Positions 34,777-35,300 of a DNA stretch of 35,300 nucleotides are shown piece by piece. The position numbers and the translations under genes were made by a program. Where the stretch lies: NCBI GenBank assembly GCA_000826855.1, contig JTLS01000067.1, positions 1-35,300 on the forward strand, written 5' to 3'. This DNA comes from Basidioascus undulatus. Its lineage: Eukaryota. Each line of letters opens with the position of its first letter. The first letter of the stretch is position 1. The notes beneath the pieces were generated by a model, which saw nothing but the letters and a program-made list of their open reading frames with translations, was not told the DNA's origin and did not search any database.

Positions 34777-35300
34777 TCACGCCTTCGACTCGACCGAGCT
34801 AGGCTTGGTCGCATGTTCACACAACGCCTTGGCGGTGTCCCGCTTGGCCTGGCGAAGTACGCGAGACTTCTCAATTCCGAACTGTGCGAGAGCCGTAAAA
34901 TTTTCAGCATCTCTGGTAAATTTGTTCGGGCACATAGCGGAAGAACTCACGTCTTCGGTAAAGAGAGTCTTGATCTCCTCCAGCGAAAGCTGTGAATGTA
35001 TCCGATGAGGCAGAAGCTGCAGTCTAAAGCCAAAAGAAATTGAGTGTGGTAAGTATTTATGCGTCTAAGCTGAAATGGTTGAAAAGAAACGTACAGAGAC
35101 CGAAGGCCCCGGACGGGGTCGCCGCTTCCATCAAGCTCAGGAAGGAAACGCTGATGACCAGGTTGGCTGTCCAGCAGGTAGCAGTCGCAATGGCGGCGCC
35201 GTCTGTTCCAATTGGGTGCCAGCTAGTTAGCGGGGGTTTCTTGGGAGAGATAGATGAAGGAGAAAAAAAAAGGGGGGGGAATGGAGAGCCGGGGACAGGG
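34777..35300 (-). pseudogene. 3' end of a myo-inositol transporter (ITR-like sugar porter) with a frameshifting deletion; gene continues beyond the window
   Basis: Exon 35202-35095 gives GAAIATATCWTANLVISVSFLSLMEAATPSGAFGL. Exon 35023-34951 gives YCSFCLIGYI, a frame break, then QLSLEEIKTLFTED. Exon 34881-34777 gives FGIEKSRVLRQAKR..*. The middle exon is 73 nt, which is out of phase, and lacks the PET motif. Confidence 0.75.

Overview
Eukaryotic, intron-rich, GC-rich fungal DNA. Short introns of roughly 50-100 nt with GTGCGT/GTACGT/GTGAGT donors and CTRAY-type branch sites suggest a basidiomycete, perhaps Pucciniomycotina-like (inference). Gene models were spliced by hand, so they do not match the supplied ORF track. 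The conserved left part holds a GH5 exo-beta-1,3-glucanase-like gene (+), mitochondrial EF-Tu (-), arginase (-), proteasome subunit RPN2 (-) and a sugar-porter MFS transporter (-). The more variable right part holds two frameshifted orphan gene candidates (20.5-22.9 kb), an Xaa-Pro aminopeptidase (+), an FAD-dependent aromatic monooxygenase with an unusual ~190-aa in-frame tail (+) and a SnoaL/NTF2-like protein (+). It ends with two convergent, disrupted MFS transporter genes that the ORF track does not reveal: a Fen2/Liz1-like remnant and the 3' end of an ITR-like myo-inositol transporter. I recognised no RNA genes, CRISPR arrays or intact transposons, and no clearly novel system is proven. 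The best leads are the monooxygenase tail and the decaying monooxygenase/SnoaL/transporter neighbourhood.
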